From Perna viridis (taxonomy: Eukaryota): 64,000 nt of DNA. Positions within the stretch are counted from its first letter, which is position 1; each line of letters begins with the position of its first letter. Positions 14,066-29,000 of this stretch are shown here, piece by piece. The notes beneath the pieces were generated by a model. It worked only from the letters and a program-made list of their open reading frames with translations, did not search any database and was not told the DNA's origin. The stretch lies in contig CM074517.1 of NCBI GenBank assembly GCA_037379345.1, forward strand, positions 21,018,001 through 21,082,000. The letters run 5' to 3'. Both the position numbers and the translations under genes were made by a program.

Positions 14066-17000
14066 GTGAGGCAGGTCGAGGTCTGTCTGTTCCTTTTTCC
14101 ATTTTGTAAGAATTTAATAAATATTCTATGATGCAATCTAACGGGTACCAACAGAAAGGCGGGGGTTTGTTTTAGCGACATTGATTGTATCGTTTTTCAG
14201 TCCTCTAGAATACCTTCCTTGTGATAATTGAAGTGTTTGTATGGAACTATTCCCTTAATTATACTACTTTTATGCTGGTGCATCATTATCAGAATAGCTA
14301 AAGTTATAATGACAACATCATGTTATTTTGTTGAAAGCGTTATTTGAATTTTTTTTTTCCTTTTTCAGGTAGGGAAATGTCATCAACTATTCATAACACA
14401 AAGTTTTGATTTATTCTCTAGTTAATTAAGTTTTTTTATATAATTTTCTAAAATAAATTCAAATTGGAAAACTTAATTTTTCAAAATTAACTCACCAAGA
14501 ACATACACAATAATATTAGGTAGTAAGAGTAATGTTAGAACACGTTTGATTGAAGTCAAAAAGCTAGTTTTATCTAATAAAGGACCGAATTCATAACATT
14601 AGTATATAAATGTTGAGTCCAAATTCTCATACTAAACATGCAAGATTTAATATAAAGTCAATGTTTATTCAGTGAAAATGGTCTTAATTAACCACTTTTG
14701 ATCAATTTAGATAGATGCTTGGTTTACCATTGTTAAAAATTCATTAAATTAACATAGAAGGACTTTAAAAGTGTTTGGGTTAGACAGGTTTTTCGATTAA
14801 TCAATGTGCAGTTTTTACATGTTTCAATCAAATCAAATGCACTACCTTAGATAAATGGGATATGGGTTTAAACTACATGTATGTGCTATTTGAAGTAGGC
14901 AGTAATTTGAATAGATTTACTTTCCGCTTTGGACTTTCCGCTTTGTGGTCATACAAGGCCTTGGTTATTAAAACATTTTTGTATTTCTTTTCTTATCAAA
15001 GTTAGGCCAAACAACTTTTGAAGGATTCATATTTTCATGTAAGGAAATTCAAAAGAAGAACTCTGTTTTTAGAGAAGAGCATATGAATAAAGCTTTCAAA
15101 TGTACAAAAAAACTAAGACAAATTTGACGATAGATTTATATGAAAGTCGACAATATGATATATTTTCGCCACGCCCCTATTTTTGCCGATATTGAATATA
15201 TCGAACAATAGTTCTTGTTCGATGATTAGAAAATGATTATTGGAGAGAATATATAATTAAGAAAAAAATCATCGAAACTCCATTTTGTATTAGAAAATGA
15301 TTATTGGAGAGAATATATAATTAAGAAAAAAATCATCAAAACTCAATTTTGTATTTGTTTTACCGCAGGCTGCCTATTTATGTCGCATTGTTTAACCTTC
15401 ATATTTTTGAATAGACGCAGCCTATGTGTCGCACGAAATGTTAGTCTGTGTTCATCACTTTTTTAAATGGCTGTGCTCTAAAGAGCTTTGAAGCACATCA
15501 TACTAGAAGTTATTCTATATCCAAAACAAAATTACATGACGTATGATTCACTGCAAATTTCTCGACAATAATTCAAAATGACAGTTACACTATTGTAACC
15601 GAAAAAAAAACCATTTAGTTATTTTTTAATTTTGATAAATGGTAAAGAGAAATACACATGTATATCGCCAAATAAACCCCTAGAAAAAATAGTACAACGA
15701 TTTTGTGAATTAAGTGAAAATGTTCGACAGTGTGTAAAAGTCCCTTCCTTTCATTTGTATTTTTTACCCGAACTGAAAATCCCGGAACATACGAAAATAC
15801 ATTAAGCCTAAAATGTTGACTACATTTAAGCGTGAAGTCGTATCTTAAGTTAATTATGTTATTTGCTATCATTTTATTTACCATGTGTCTCATCTACTTT
15901 TGTTGGAACTATTCCAACATCAACATCAGTAACAACAGAAACATTTGTTACAGAAGACACAACCACTACAGGAACAACCGAAACTGTCGGTATTGACACA
16001 TCATCAACATCTGTTGACACACAGACTACTTCTGTCGTAACGTCTGCATCTGTTGGTACAACTGAAACATCTACACCAGGAAGTACACAAACTGTCATGA
16101 CAGAGACATCAACCACTGCAGGAACAACCGAAACTGTTGGTATCGAGACAACATCAACATCTGTAGGCACACAAACCTCTTCTTTCGAAACGTCTGCATC
16201 TGTTGGTACAACTGAAACATCTACTCCAGAAAGTACACAAACTTTTGTAACAAAGACGTCAACTACTGTAGGAACTACCGTTACTGTCGGTATAGACACA
16301 TCATCAACATATGTTGGCACACAAACCTCTTCTTTCGAAACGTCTGCATCTGTTGGTACAACTGAAACATCTACACCAGGAAGTACACAAACTGTCATGA
16401 CAGAGACATCAACCACTGCAGGAACAACCGAAACTGTTGGTATTGACACAACATCAACATCTGTTGGCACACAGACTACTTCTGTCGTAACGTCTGCATC
16501 TGTTGATAGAACTCAAACTTCTACACCAGGAAGTATACAAACTATTGTGACAGAGTCATCAACCACTGCGGAGACAACCGAAACTATTGGTGTCAAGACA
16601 ACACCAACATCTGATCGCACACAAACTACTTCTGTCGTAACGTCTGCATCTGTTGGTACAACTGAAACATCTACTCCAGGAAGTACACAAACTGTTATGA
16701 CAGAGACATCAACTACTGCAGGAACAACCGAAATTGTTGGTATCGAGACAACATCAACATCTGTTGGCACACAAACCTCTTCTTTCGAAACGTCTGCATC
16801 TGTTGGTACAACTGAAACATCTACACCAGGAAGTACACAAACTGTCATGACAGAGACATCAACCACTGCAGGAACAACCGAAACTGTTGGTATCGAGACA
16901 ACATCAACATCTGTTGGCACACAAACCTCTTCTTTCGAAACGTCTGCATCTGTTGGTACAACTGAAACATCTACTCCAGAAAGTACACAAACTGTTGTAA

Positions 17001-20000
17001 CAAAGACGTCAACTACTGTAGGAACTACCGTTACTGTCGGTATAGACACATCATCAACATCTGTTGGGACACAAACTACTTCTGTCGAAACGACTGGGTC
17101 TGTTGGCGAAACTCCAACTTCTACACCAGGAAGTACACAAACTATTGTGACAGAGACGTCAACCACTGCAGGAACAACCGAAACTGTTGGTACCGAGACA
17201 ACACCAACATCTGATCGCACACAAACTACTTCTGTCGTAACGTCTGCATCTGTTGGTACAACTGAAACATCTACTCCAGGAAGTACACAAACTGTTATGA
17301 CAGAGACATCAAGCACTGCAGGAACAACCGAAACTGTTGGTATCGAGACAACATCAACATCTGTTGGCACACAAACCTCTTCTTTCGAAACGTCTGCATC
17401 TGTTGGTACAACTGAAACATCTACTCCAGAAAGTACACAAACTGTTGTAACAAAGACGTCAACTACTGTAGGAACTACTGTTACTGTCGGTATAGACACA
17501 TCATCAACATCTGTTGGCACACAAACTACTTCTGTCGAAACGACTGGGTCTGTTGGTGAAACTCCAACATCTACCCCAGGAAGTACACAAACTATTGTGA
17601 CAGAGACGTCAACCACTGCAGGAACAACCGAAACTGTTGGTATTGACACAACATCAACATCTGTTGGCACACAGACTACTTCTGTCGTTACGTCTGCATC
17701 TGTTGGTACAACTGAAACATCTACACCAGGAAGTACACAAAGTGTCATGACAGAGACATCAACCACTGCAGGAACAACCGAAACTGTTGGTATTGACACA
17801 ACATCAACATCTGTTGGCACACAGACTACTTCTGTCGTAACGTCTGCATCTGTTGATACAACTCAAACTTCTACACCAGGAAGTATACAAACTATTGTGA
17901 CAGAGTCATCAACCACTGCGGAGACAACCGAAACTATTGGTGTCAAGACAACACCAACATCTGATCGCACACAAACTACGTCTGTCGTAACGTCTGCATC
18001 TGTTGGTACAACTGAAACATCTACTCCAGGAAGTACACAAACTGTTATGACAGAGACATCAAGCACTGCAGGAACAACCGAAACTGTTGGTATCGAGACA
18101 ACATCAACATCTGTTGGCACACAAACCTCTTCTTTCGAAACGTCTGCATCTGTTGGTACAACTGAAACATCTACTCCAGAAAGTACACAAACTGTTGTAA
18201 CAAAGACGTCAACTACTGTAGGAACTACCGTTACTGTCGGTATAGACACATCATCAACATCTGTTGGCACACAAACTACTTCTGTCGAAACGACTGGGTC
18301 TGTTGGTGAAACTCCAACATCTACCCCAGAAAGTACACAAACTGTTGTGACAGAGACGTCAACCACTGCAGGAAAAACCGAAACTGTTGGTATTGACACA
18401 ACATCAACATCTGTTGGCACACAGACTACTTCTATCGTAACGTCTGCATCTGTTGGTACAACTGAAACATCTACACCAGGAAGTACACAAACTGTCATGA
18501 CAGAGACATCAACCACTGCAGGAACAACCGAAACTGTTGGTATTGACACAACATCAACATCTGTTGGCACACAGACTACTTCTGTCGTAACGTCTGCATC
18601 TGTTGATAGAACTCAAACTTCTACACCAGGAAGTATACAAACTATTGTGACAGAGTCATCAACCACTGCGGAGACAACCGAAACTATTGGTGTCAAGACA
18701 ACACCAACATCTGATCGCACACAAACTACTTCTGTCGTAACGTCTGCATCTGTTGGTACAACTGAAACATCTACTCCAGGAAGTACACAAACTGTTATGA
18801 CAGAGACATCAACTACTGCAGGAACAACCGAAATTGTTGGTATCGAGACAACATCAACATCTGTTGGCACACAAACCTCTTCTTTCGAAACGTCTGCATC
18901 TGTTGGTACAACTGAAACATCTACTCCAGGAAGTACACAAACTGTTATGACAGAGACATCAACTACTGCAGGAACAACCGAAACTGTTGGTATCGAGACA
19001 ACATCAACATCTGTTGGCACACAAACCTCTTCTTTCGAAACGTCTGCATCTGTTGGTACAACTGAAACATCTACTCCAGGAAGTACACAAACTGTTGTAA
19101 CAAAGACGTCAACTACTGTAGGAACTACCGTTACTGTCGGTATAGACACATCATCAACATCTGTTGGCACACAAACTACTTCTGTCGAAACGACTGGGTC
19201 TGTTGGCGAAACTCCAACTTCTACACCAGGAAGTACACAAACTATTGTGACAGAGACGTCAACCACTGCAGGAACAACCGAAACTGTTGGTACCGAGACA
19301 ACACCAACATCTGATCGCACACAAACTACTTCTGTCGTAACGTCTGCATCTGTTGGTACAACTGAAACATCTACTCCAGGAAGTACACAAACTGTTATGA
19401 CAGAGACATCAACCACTGCAGGAACAACCGAAACTGTTGGTATCGAGACAACATCAACATCTGTTGGCACACAAACCTCTTCTTTCGAAACGTCTGCATC
19501 TGTTGGTACAACTGAAACATCTACACCAGGAAGTACACAAACTGTCATGACAGAGACATCAACCACTGCAGGAACAACCGAAACTGTTGGTATTGACAAA
19601 ACATCAACATCTGTTGGCACACAAACTACTTCTGTCGAAACGACTGGGTCTGTTGGCGAAACTCCAACTTCTACACCAGGAAGTACACAAACTATTGTGA
19701 CAGAGACGTCAACCACTGCAGGAACAACCGAAACTGTTGGTACCGAGACAACACCAACATCTGATCGCACACAAACTACTTCTGTCGTAACGTCTGCATC
19801 TGTTGGTACAACTGAAACATCTACTCCAGGAAGTACACAAACTGTTATGACAGAGACATCAACCACTGCAGGAACAACCGAAACTGTTGGTATCGAGACA
19901 ACATCAACATCTGTTGGCACACAAACCTCTTCTTTCGAAACGTCTGCATCTGTTGGTACAACTGAAACATCTACTCCAGAAAGTACACAAACTGTTGTAA

Positions 20001-23000
20001 CAAAGACGTCAACTACTGTAGGAACTACCGTTACTGTCGGTATAGACACATCATCAACATCTGTTGGCACACAAACTACTTCTGTCGAAACGACTGGGTC
20101 TGTTGGTGAAACTCCAACATCTACCCCAGAAAGTACACAAACTGTTGTGACAGAGACGTCAACCACTGCAGGAAAAACCGAAACTGTTGGTATTGACACA
20201 ACATCAACATCTGTTGGCACACAGACTACTTCTATCGTAACGTCTGCATCTGTTGGTACAACTGAAACATCTACACCAGGAAGTACACAAACTGTCATGA
20301 CAGAGACATCAACCACTGCAGGAACAACCGAAACTGTTGGTATTGACACAACATCAACATCTGTTGGCACACAGACTACTTCTGTCGTAACGTCTGCATC
20401 TGTTGATACAACTCAAACTTCTACACCAGGAAGTATACAAACTATTGTGACAGAGTCATCAACCACTGCGGAGACAACCGAAACTATTGGTGTCAAGACA
20501 ACACCAACATCTGATCGCACACAAACTACTTCTGTCGTAACGTCTGCATCTGTTGGTACAACTGAAACATCTACTCCAGGAAGTACACAAACTGTTATGA
20601 CAGAGACATCAACTACTGCAGGAACAACCGAAATTGTTGGTATCGAGACAACATCAACATCTGTTGGCACACAAACCTCTTCTTTCGAAACGTCTGCATC
20701 TGTTGGTACAACTGAAACATCTACTCCAGGAAGTACACAAACTGTCATGACAGAGACATCAACCACTGCAGGAACAACCGAAACTGTTGGTATCGAGACA
20801 ACATCAACATCTGTTGGCACACAAACCTCTTCTTTCGAAACGTCTGCATCTGTTGGTACAACTGAAACATCTACTCCAGGAAGTACACAAACTGTTGTAA
20901 CAAAGACGTCAACTACTGTAGGAACTACCGTTACTGTCGGTATAGACACATCATCAACATCTGTTGGCACACAAACTACTTCTGTCGAAACGACTGGGTC
21001 TGTTGGCGAAACTCCAACTTCTACACCAGGAAGTACACAAACTATTGTGACAGAGACGTCAACCACTGCAGGAACAACCGAAACTGTTGGTACCGAGACA
21101 ACACCAACATCTGATCGCACACAAACTACTTCTGTCGTAACGTCTGCATCTGTTGGTACAACTGAAACATCTACTCCAGGAAGTACACAAACTGTTATGA
21201 CAGAGACATCAACCACTGCAGGAACAACCGAAACTGTTGGTATCGAGACAACATCAACATCTGTTGGCACACAAACCTCTTCTTTCGAAACGTCTGCATC
21301 TGTTGGTACAACTGAAACATCTACACCAGGAAGTACACAAACTGTCATGACAGAGACATCAACCACTGCAGGAACAACCGAAACTGTTGGTATTGACAAA
21401 ACATCAACATCTGTTGGCACACAAACTACTTCTGTCGAAACGACTGGGTCTGTTGGCGAAACTCCAACTTCTACACCAGGAAGTACACAAACTATTGTGA
21501 CAGAGACGTCAACCACTGCAGGAACAACCGAAACTGTTGGTACCGAGACAACACCAACATCTGATCGCACACAAACTACTTCTGTCGTAACGTCTGCATC
21601 TGTTGGTACAACTGAAACATCTACTCCAGGAAGTACACAAACTGTTATGACAGAGACATCAACCACTGCAGGAACAACCGAAACTGTTGGTATCGAGACA
21701 ACATCAACATCTGTTGGCACACAAACCTCTTCTTTCGAAACGTCTGCATCTGTTGGTACAACTGAAACATCTACTCCAGAAAGTACACAAACTGTTGTAA
21801 CAAAGACGTCAACTACTGTAGGAACTACCGTTACTGTCGGTATAGACACATCATCAACATCTGTTGGCACACAAACTACTTCTGTCGAAACGACTGGGTC
21901 TGTTGGTGAAACTCCAACATCTACCCCAGAAAGTACACAAACTGTTGTGACAGAGACGTCAACCACTGCAGGAAAAACCGAAACTGTTGGTATTGACACA
22001 ACATCAACATCTGTTGGCACACAGACTACTTCTATCGTAACGTCTGCATCTGTTGGTACAACTGAAACATCTACACCAGGAAGTACACAAACTGTCATGA
22101 CAGAGACATCAACCACTGCAGGAACAACCGAAACTGTTGGTATTGACACAACATCAACATCTGTTGGCACACAGACTACTTCTGTCGTAACGTCTGCATC
22201 TGTTGATAGAACTCAAACTTCTACACCAGGAAGTATACAAACTATTGTGACAGAGTCATCAACCACTGCGGAGACAACCGAAACTATTGGTGTCAAGACA
22301 ACACCAACATCTGATCGCACACAAACTACTTCTGTCGTAACGTCTGCATCTGTTGGTACAACTGAAACATCTACTCCAGGAAGTACACAAACTGTTATGA
22401 CAGAGACATCAACTACTGCAGGAACAACCGAAATTGTTGGTATCGAGACAACATCAACATCTGTTGGCACACAAACCTCTTCTTTCGAAACGTCTGCATC
22501 TGTTGGTACAACTGAAACATCTACTCCAGGAAGTACACAAACTGTCATGACAGAGACATCAACCACTGCAGGAACAACCGAAACTGTTGGTATCGAGACA
22601 ACATCAACATCTGTTGGCACACAAACCTCTTCTTTCGAAACGTCTGCATCTGTTGGTACAACTGAAACATCTACTCCAGAAAGTACACAAACTGTTGTAA
22701 CAAAGACGTCAACTACTGTAGGAACTACCGTTACTGTCGGTATAGACACATCATCAACATCTGTTGGCACACAAACTACTTCTGTCGAAACGACTGGGTC
22801 TGTTGGCGAAACTCCAACTTCTACACCAGGAAGTACACAAACTATTGTGACAGAGACGTCAACCACTGCAGGAACAACCGAAACTGTTGGTACCGAGACA
22901 ACACCAACATCTGATCGCACACAAACTACTTCTGTCGTAACGTCTGCATCTGTTGGTACAACTGAAACATCTACTCCAGGAAGTACACAAACTGTTATGA

Positions 23001-26000
23001 CAGAGACATCAACCACTGCAGGAACAACCGAAACTGTTGGTATCGAGACAACATCAACATCTGTTGGCACACAAACCTCTTCTTTCGAAACGTCTGCATC
23101 TGTTGGTACAACTGAAACATCTACACCAGGAAGTACACAAACTGTCATGACAGAGACATCAACCACTGCAGGAACAACCGAAACTGTTGGTATTGACAAA
23201 ACATCAACATCTGTTGGCACACAAACTACTTCTGTCGAAACGACTGGGTCTGTTGGCGAAACTCCAACTTCTACACCAGGAAGTACACAAACTATTGTGA
23301 CAGAGACGTCAACCACTGCAGGAACAACCGAAACTGTTGGTACCGAGACAACACCAACATCTGATCGCACACAAACTACTTCTGTCGTAACGTCTGCATC
23401 TGTTGGTACAACTGAAACATCTACTCCAGGAAGTACACAAACTGTTATGACAGAGACATCAACCACTGCAGGAACAACCGAAACTGTTGGTATCGAGACA
23501 ACATCAACATCTGTTGGTACAACTGAAACATCTACACCAGGAAGTACACAAACTGTCATGACAGAGACATCAACCACTGCAGGAACAACCGAAACTGTTG
23601 GTATTGACAAAACATCAACATCTGTTGGCACACAAACTACTTCTGTCGAAACGACTGGGTCTGTTGGCGAAACTTCAACATCTACACCAGGAAGTACACA
23701 AACTATTGTGACAGAGACGTCAACCACTGCAGGAACAACCGAAACTGTTGGTACCGAGACAACATCCACATCTGATCGCACACAAACCACCTCTGTTGAT
23801 ACAATTGCATCTGTCGGTACAACTCTAACATCTACACCAGGAAGTACACAAACAGAAATGACAGAGATATCATACACTGCAAGAACAACAGAAACTGTTG
23901 GTATCGAAACAACATCAACATCTGATCGCACACAAACTACTTCTGTCATAACGTCTGCATCTGTTGGTACAACTGAAACATCTACTACAGGAAGTACACA
24001 AACTGTTATGACAGAGACATCAACCACTGCAGGAACAACCGAAACTGTTGGTATTGACACAACATCAACATCTGTTGGCACACAAACCTCTTCTGTCGAA
24101 ACGTCTGCATCTGTTGGTACAACTGAAACATCTACTCCAGGAAGTACACAAACTGTTGTGACAGAGACGTCAACTACTGTAGGAACTACCGTTACTGTCG
24201 GTATAGACACATCATCAACATCTGTTGGCACACAAACCACTTCTGTCGACACGACTGGGTCTGTTGGTGAAACTCCAACATCTACTCTAGGAAGTACACA
24301 AACTGTTGTGACAGAGACGTCAACCACTGCTGGAACAACCGAAACTGTTGGTATCGAAACATCAACATCCGTTGGCACACAAACTACTTCTGTCGTAACG
24401 TCTGCATCTGTTGGTACAACTGAAACATCTACTCCAGGAAGTACACAAACTGTTGTGACAGAGACATTAGCCACTGCAGGAACATCCGAAACTGTTGGTA
24501 TTGACACAACTTCAACATCTGTTGGCACACAAACCTCTTCTGTCGAAACGTCTGCATATGTTGGTACAACTGAAACATCTACACCAGGAAGTACACAAAC
24601 TATCGTGACAGAGACGTCAACCACTGCAGGAACAACCGAAACTGTTGGTATTAACACAAAATCAACATATATTGGCACACAAACTACTTCTGTCGAAACG
24701 TCTGCATCTGTTAGTACAACTCCAACATCTACACTAGGTAAAACAGAAACTATTGTGACAGAGACGTCAACCACTACAGGAACAACGGAAACTGTCATTG
24801 TTGACACAACATCAACAAATGTTGGTATAACTGAAACATCTATACCAGAAACAACAAAAACTGTTGTGACAGAGACATCACCCACTGCAGGAACAACCGA
24901 AACTGTTGGTATTAACACAAAATCAACATATATTGGCACACAAACTACTTCTGTCGAAACGTCTGCATCTGTTAGTACAACTCCAACATCTACACTAGGT
25001 AAAACAGAAACTATTGTGACAGAGACGTCAACCACTACAGGAACAACGGAAACTGTCATTGTTGACACAACATCAACAAATGTTGGTATAACTGAAACAT
25101 CTATACCAGAAACAACAAAAACTGTTGTGACAGAGACATCACCCACTGCAGGAACAACCGAAACTGTTGGTATTGACACATCAACATCTGTTGGCACACA
25201 AACCTCTTCTGTCGAAACGTCTGCATCTGTTGGTACAACTGAAACATCTACACCAAGAACAACTAAAACTGCTGTGACAGAGACATCAACCACTGCTGAA
25301 ACAACCGAAACTGTTGGTATCGAATTAACATCAACACCTGTTGGAACCCAATCAATTTCTGTCGAAACGTCTGCATCTGTTGGTACAACTCCAACATCTA
25401 TACCAGGGACTACAGAAACTTTTGTGACGGAGACGTCAGCCATTACAGGAACAACCGAAACTGTTGGCATCAAAACAACATCAACATCTGTTGGCACTCA
25501 GATCTCTACTGGAAGTACAGAAATTGTGACAAAGAGGACCACGGGTACAGAAACAACAACGGTAGCGGTCACTACTACAACGCAGGCTGTAATTACAACT
25601 GCTGAGCAAGCGACCACTACAACTTCAAAAATTACCACAGCGGTTGAATCCCTTTCAACATCTACGACAGCTACTTCTACTACAGCTGTACCAGTTTCTT
25701 CAATAGGTATGTATCGTGCATGTCGTTATGAATATGAAAAGGAATCTTGTTATTATTATTTGTAGAAAATAGCCATGCATCAATTGCTTTTGACTTTTCT
25801 ATTATGTGAGTATGTTTATCATGTTTTGTATAATTTGTGTTTGTTTGTTGGAAGTATATAAAATCAGTTCACTTTTCTCATAGATTGCGCAGTACAGCAC
25901 TAAACTTAATATGTTTTTGGTATTTTAGAGCTATTGGCATTTGGAGCGTCTGCAGGCGATAACGACGGTTCTTTGGGAGATGACGTTGAGGTTGCAAGTG

Positions 26001-29000
26001 TAGACAACCCGATCGGATTCACATGCAATTGTGAAGTGTCCAGGCAAATATATGTAAGTTGCATTATTATACCCCCTATTTGGAATGGGAAGTATGTAGT
26101 GATAGGGGTATCCGTCCTTCCCTTCGTTACACAGAGGGGTGCCAATATCTTATCCGTCACTCCTCCTACACCACTGAATGGAATTTAATGAAACTTTCAC
26201 ATAATCTTTATTACATATATCAGTGTGCACCTTCTGTTTTAGATTTTAATCCAAATGTTATTAAATAGGGGAGTGGCGTATCAATCTATGAGCAATGCTT
26301 ACAGTTTTTTCCAGGTTTTGTGTTTAAAAATATATAAGATAAAACTATAAGTTTACCCCCTGTATTTTTATCTCTTCCTTTTATCCCAAAAAAGCTGAAG
26401 AAATGTCAGGGCAGATCCAGGCAGTTCGATAAGCCGGCGTTCCTCAGAAAATGTGGTGCTAGGACATTTTTGCCATTTTTTTGTCAATTTTACACGTGAA
26501 AATGAAAATGTATCCCCCTCTGGATCTGCCACTGAATGTAGAGAATTCTTAACCTATTGGTACATCAGATTCTTGTGTTCTATGTTTCGTATGGAATTCT
26601 TGTAGCTGGGTACATTTGGTTTCTCGAATTGTTCGTTGTTTCTGGGTGCCTTTTCCATACTTTATCTTGGCCTCTTGAATTCCGAATTGTTATTGTCCTA
26701 AATGAATGTATTATAGTCTGAATGTTGTTAGTTATACCAATCTGGTGGTTTTTAATCTGAATGTTGATTACCTTATAGTATATGTCGTATATAGATAAAA
26801 GAGTTTTACAATGATATTATAATGTACTTTTTGCATGAGTTTAAATACCTGGATAATTATTTTTAAAAGTTAATTTGATAATATGATTCAGTTTGCTCAC
26901 ATTCAATCTTCCAGATATATTCCAACGGTTACATCACATTAGATTCTCAATTCTCGTCCAACAAACCAAGAGCATTTCCTTCAAGATATACCAACAAAGT
27001 AAAGATAATAGCTCCATTTTGGGCAGATATTATGCCAGAAGACGCAAACACGCATATCTGGTATCACCTCTACAATAAATACCGTCCAGATGGAAAAACC
27101 ATTGCTTTCTTGAATACTGCAAAGCAATTGTTAGTGGACTATTTTCCTAGCTCCAATCAAATTCAGAATTTCGAACCAAATACAGCATTAAAAGTGACAT
27201 GGGCAAATATCTATCCTAACCCAATGATTCAAGCAGAGGTAAGTAGACTTAGCTAATTTCTGGTGTAACGAGGACTTTTGTAAAGGTGCTATAAGTTGTA
27301 TCATAGTATGGGTTACTGGGATCTCACTGTATCACGGCAAATAATTGTTTTCAAGACTGAGGAAAAGTGTTTGGTTTGAAGTTAATACAAAATGTAATCT
27401 TTAATTGCATTAAACTTATTTTTCTGATGCAGCATATTTAAATCTCGGTAATACTAATTGTTTGCAAAAAGATGGGGTAAAATTATCTGCTTTAAAAGAT
27501 GTTCCCATTGTGTCACTGTATTGAAAAGAAAATTATTTCTAATAAATTACTTCTATAAAACTCAATGGATCATGATATTTAGTATTATTCAAATGGACAG
27601 AAACTTTCGAAAAAATTGAAAATGGCCGAAAATCACATCAAAATTTTGAGCTTGTCTTTAGGAGAACTTGATAAATATGTGACTTGGACCCGTGTTTAAA
27701 CGCAACAAATACTGGGTATATGCAGTGTTCCATGTTCTTGTTCTAGCTATACCGTGATACAGTGGGATCTACGATTACTTCGATTATCAAGTGACATTTT
27801 AAGAGGGTGTCCATGCAACAACTAGGCAGTTGGTGGCACATGAAAAATTGTATTTTCACTCATTTCATACAACAAATGCATCCTTTCTCAAAGTTGAAAG
27901 TTGGTTTTTGATTAACTTCAACGATTAAAGAAAAATAAATTGCACAGAAAACATTGAAATTCATTGAAGAAATTGTGATAACTATTTAATTTGAACAAAA
28001 TGTTGTTGCATTGTTAAGGACTTTATAGCGAGCGCCGCGAAGCGGTGTGAGCTCTACCGTTATTACGTTTACATTCTAAATTTCCCTTAAGTTTCCCAAT
28101 ATACTAACGAAAAAAAGTCATGTCCCGGAAGTAACAAAAAGTGACTGTCCTTAGACCTTACGGTGAAAATTCATCATTTCCTTCAGTCAAACAAATAAAA
28201 AAAATACAGGTTAAGATTACGTTTCAGTAAAAACAGATTCATCCTTTCAAATTTGTTTTACTCATTTAAAGAAGTGAATGTTATGTTTATAAAAACTTCG
28301 GAAATGCCACGTGGATGTACGTACGTGTATCTCCGCTGTTCCACTGTTGCTGTTTTCAAGAACATAACCCACCTCGGAGAAAATATAACTCCGATTATTT
28401 TATCAAAATCGAAGCATAGCTTTTCTAAGATAGGAAAGGCAATCATTTTCTTGTTTGGAATTTGCAGCTGTCGTCTGAATTTTGTTTAGGTCACATGATA
28501 AGTGTTAAATATTCCCACCATCCATGGAGAACTGTAATATTTCCGGTATCTGTACAAATTGATCTGACAGGCCAAAACTGAAATGGATGTTGCTAGAGAT
28601 GCCCTTAAGGGATAAAAAATGTAAAGCATTGCGAAGTGCTATAAAGTTATTGACCATTTTGAGAGCGAGGGGAAAGGGGGGGGGGTTATAGGGTTGGAAT
28701 TTTGGGGGAAAAAATGTTCAAGTTATTCATTATTGAAAAAACTCCCCCATTAATTAACAAGACATATTTTCAAATAGAAATATTGATTTTGCTTGCTGGT
28801 TAAATATAAATAAAAATATTGCACTTGCGAAGCAAAAATTTTCATCCGGGTCGCCCGTGCTTTGTAATGTCCATTATTATTTTTACGAGTCTCGCAAAGA
28901 CGGTACATTTATATAGTAAAGCTCACGGTGCTCGCTGATTTAGGAAATGCCTACCTCATATTACTATTTGATATACATTTGTACATTTCTTTACAATGGA

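Noticed and set aside
15874-25497. Long Val-rich minus-strand ORFs up to 1094 aa
   Set aside because: Same shadow effect; they are broken by stops wherever one repeat variant occurs, while the + frame is never broken
3235-25500. CRISPR-like or satellite interpretation of the large arrays
   Set aside because: No unique spacers and no cas genes; frame-preserving coding repeats in a spliced eukaryotic gene
15960-25500. Many SVGTQT/GSTQT motifs resembling dynein light chain LC8-binding sites
   Set aside because: The domain is spliced to extracellular NIDO/VWD/EGF modules and LC8 is cytosolic; Thr-rich composition also produces the motif
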